A stretch of DNA of 64,000 nucleotides, from NCBI GenBank assembly GCA_000002435.2, contig CM018793.1, one strand, 5' to 3'. Both the position numbers and the translations under genes were made by a program. Positions 62,401 through 64,000 of this stretch are shown piece after piece (position 1 is the first letter of the stretch; every line of letters begins with the position of its first letter). The stretch comes from Giardia intestinalis. Taxonomy: Eukaryota. Below the pieces are notes generated by a model. The model searched no databases, was not told the origin of the DNA, and saw only the letters and a list, made by a program, of their open reading frames with translations.

Positions 62401-64000
62401 TCCAACACAAGCCTCTAGGCAGTGATTCACAGTGATGCATGAGCTACAGGGGAGCTTGCCGCCAAACATGATCTGTGTGCATAGATTAGCGACCATTACT
62501 CGGTAAAGCGGGCGCTTCTCAGTCCGGGCACATCTGGTCCACGTGATCTTCTTTGTGTGAAGGCAAGCTCCTCCACAGTCCTGTAGTTGCACCCTAGAAG
62601 TGCCTGACTCCAGTTCCTGTGTCAGTACGACCGGCTCAATTGTGGAATGAATACCGCAAGACGTTTATAGTTAATGACAGTGTGCTGTGGATCTTCTGGC
62701 GGTTTTGCTGAGCCCTGTGCCGCTATCCGCAAACATCTACCCCAGGGATATAGAAATCAGAGTCTGCAGAGGGATCCCTGGGGCTGTGAGCAGGGTGGTC
62801 TTCAGGGACCTGACCGACGGCATCCACGGACATGGGCGCTCTCAACTGTGGTCGGGTCGAAGGCAGTGCTTGCTGGCTCGTGCAGGGGCGATGCGGCTCT
62901 CCGGTAGGCCTCGGTGTCCGGCCGCATGACCTCCGTTAAACTCCTGGACGGGCTGAGATTTTGGCCACGGCATCTGCAGGCAAGCCAGCACCGTGGTCCC
63001 CTCCACCAGGAGTCATCCTGTCTCACCTCCGGTGCCATCCTTCGCCGGGTCTTCGGTGGGACACCCATACACGTTAGCCACTGCACAATATACAGTATGA
63101 ATCTCTAACAATCTCTAACACATCGCACAGCCCTGCCGGCCGCCAGTTCGGCCATCCTACGGCGGAAACTCCTTAACTCGTTCCGAATTAAGAAGAGAAG
63201 CGCCGTCAGGCCCCGCCAGTACTGCGATCGGAGACGTCGTGGGAACACGGGGTGCCGAACTTTCTGCCGTTGACTGTGGCTGTCAGTCCTTGTCAGCCCC
63301 CGCACATGAGGACTCCGGGCCGCATCCCACTACGCACTCTCGTGGAGCGACAGCGCAGACACTAAAGGGTGGCTTGGGGTCGTTCACTGGGCGTCGGCCA
63401 CCTCATCGAGACCCCCGCAAATTGCTCCCGAGGAGTCTCCACCGACATGCGCTATAGGTGGGCGCTTAGCGTGCTCTGCGAGGGCAGGCCGGAAGCAGGT
63501 GGACACGCCGAGTGCCGAATGGAAGGTGGCGCAGGGGCTGTGACTGCATGCACCAGCTCGCCCATCAACAGAGTACGCGGACAGGCCTGACCGGTATAGA
63601 GGACCTCACAGAACCTCACAGACAAAGAGCCTGAGGGCCTATAGCGGACTTCTACAGGCCAGTTCAACAACAGAGACGTCGGATGGCAGGCGCTAACAAG
63701 GATTGCTCGGCTCGACCCGCTAACGTAGATCCTCCAGATTGCATGCGCAAGACTGTTGCACCTACAACGGAGACCGACCTGGGTCGAGACTCACATAAAG
63801 ACAGCAGCTTCGTGGATCATGAAAGCAACAAGCAAATGGCGTTTGTCCGTGCCTCCTGTCCATCTAGTGTCTGGGCCAGACGCGGACCCTGGCAGTCAAG
63901 CAGAGAATGCACAGCAGCCGGCCCCAGACTGGGCGACCCAGAACTGCTTGTAAAATGGTCAACATGTCGCTGGGCCAGTTGTGGAGTGTGAAGCTAAGAA
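59463..64000. repeat. right arm of large inverted repeat (runs to window end)
   Basis: Reverse complement of 53408..57945; see left arm. Confidence 0.9.
59982..61946 (+). CDS. vsp: variant-specific surface protein (VSP), head-to-head with its inverted duplicate
   Basis: Start chosen by homology to first VSP (MFEKILF...; alternative ATG at 59961 MLYGLLAMFEKILF; track start 59766 is a non-ATG extension); CXXC/GGCY motifs; CRGKA tail; AGTAAAC at 61954-61960. Confidence 0.85.
   Translation: MFEKILFGILILQVARAAKTCTEASSDPQTGQCKQGKCISIGGDRVCTDCAKPGEVPINGECKDKSDGLITTAGCEKVDGALDEHSTTCGKCTKAGYFLHKGGCYVQAAPPGQTVCKSASSSAGLCETCNDANGFFKNMGASDNTHQSCIACNEADTIDGFRGVPNCKVCTPPEGPGSATCTTCEGEYYLLAVTPSSCVEKTQCKTDHFPVTAKGIKKCVPCGDTDAGGIIDCKTCTLKEARGLAGESAIKCTTCNGGKTPNDEGSTCVDAPEPPPSDCPVENCQKCSADKKTCEECKDKNYLTPTGMCIKYCEYILGYYSSTEGGKGICKKCEVKNCVVCDPNGKCGFCEDGFYADDAGICQKCDGSCKNCKGNTANDCTECKPGTILDYANGQKGKCAPECVVNTDKATGNCKACDLIVKGTRYCSACSQDNEYPQNGVCAPKPSGRAATCTSQGTGVCNSCANGLLRMNGGCYEDEKYPAHSVCATVATTGGTCDRPMPGFNLNNENNLVICPEGCKTCNTANECTECMDGYIAFSNVKACTKCHESCYTCETAAATCKVCARGYYKESSDSGPCKKCSEGLAGCRQCTVSSTSAFMCLEMGDSTGDNNGGSTNKSGLSTGAIAGISVAVIVVVGGLVGFLCWWFVCRGKA

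Noticed and set aside
47600-64000. rDNA unit or telomere-proximal repeats as an explanation for the GC-rich DNA
   Set aside because: No TAGGG telomere repeats, no match to the conserved Giardia SSU/LSU rRNA starts or the 5.8S region, and GC is below rDNA levels.
1-64000. Prokaryote-style interpretation (operons, CRISPR arrays, defence islands)
   Set aside because: Gene content (HSP90, dynein, P4-ATPase, ABCA, TSR3, VSPs with CRGKA), Giardia intron motifs and AGTRAAY poly(A) signals show this is a diplomonad nuclear locus. No direct-repeat/spacer arrays are present.

Overview
The window reads as a chromosomal segment of Giardia intestinalis (or a very close relative). Evidence for the organism: VSP genes with CXXC/GGCY motifs and the invariant C-terminal CRGKA; 'Protein 21.1'-type ankyrin-repeat genes; intronless, densely packed genes with very short AT-rich initiator-type promoters directly upstream of ATG; the Giardia polyadenylation signal AGTRAAY at gene ends; and two fused branch-point/3' splice-site motifs (ACTAACAC[A/G]CAG).

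Positions 1–44,200 hold about 22 tightly packed protein-coding genes on both strands. Recognisable products are the HSP90 C-terminal exon (HspC), a DDX54/Dbp10-like DEAD-box helicase, an ABCA-type transporter, TSR3, a dynein heavy-chain C-terminal exon, glycerol kinase, a P4-ATPase flippase, a transmembrane RING-H2 protein and a DUS3-like dihydrouridine synthase. The rest are ankyrin-repeat proteins and lineage-specific hypotheticals.

Two genes are 3' pieces of split genes. The HSP90 C-half (exon starts 330) and the dynein heavy-chain C-terminal exon (minus strand, 18,714 down to 17,460) each begin directly after a Giardia intron 3' motif, and neither has an upstream exon in cis. That is the signature of spliceosomal trans-splicing.

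From about 44.5 kb the character changes. A VSP gene (44,519–46,684) is followed by a strongly GC-rich (about 60–70%) gene-poor domain of roughly 8 kb. Then comes a large inverted repeat: arm 1 is at most 53,408 to 57,945, arm 2 is 59,463 to at least 64,000, with axis of symmetry about 58,704. The repeat carries two identical head-to-head VSP genes around a unique central spacer of about 1.5 kb. All three VSPs share an identical 3' end (last ~45 codons plus the AGTAAAC poly(A) signal).

A GC3-saturated GST-fold gene (46,914–47,534, minus strand) and a candidate GC-rich gene with a textbook AT-rich initiator (51,527–52,117) sit inside the GC-rich domain.

The six-frame track uses alternative start codons (TTG/GTG), so several starts were re-trimmed to the first plausible ATG.
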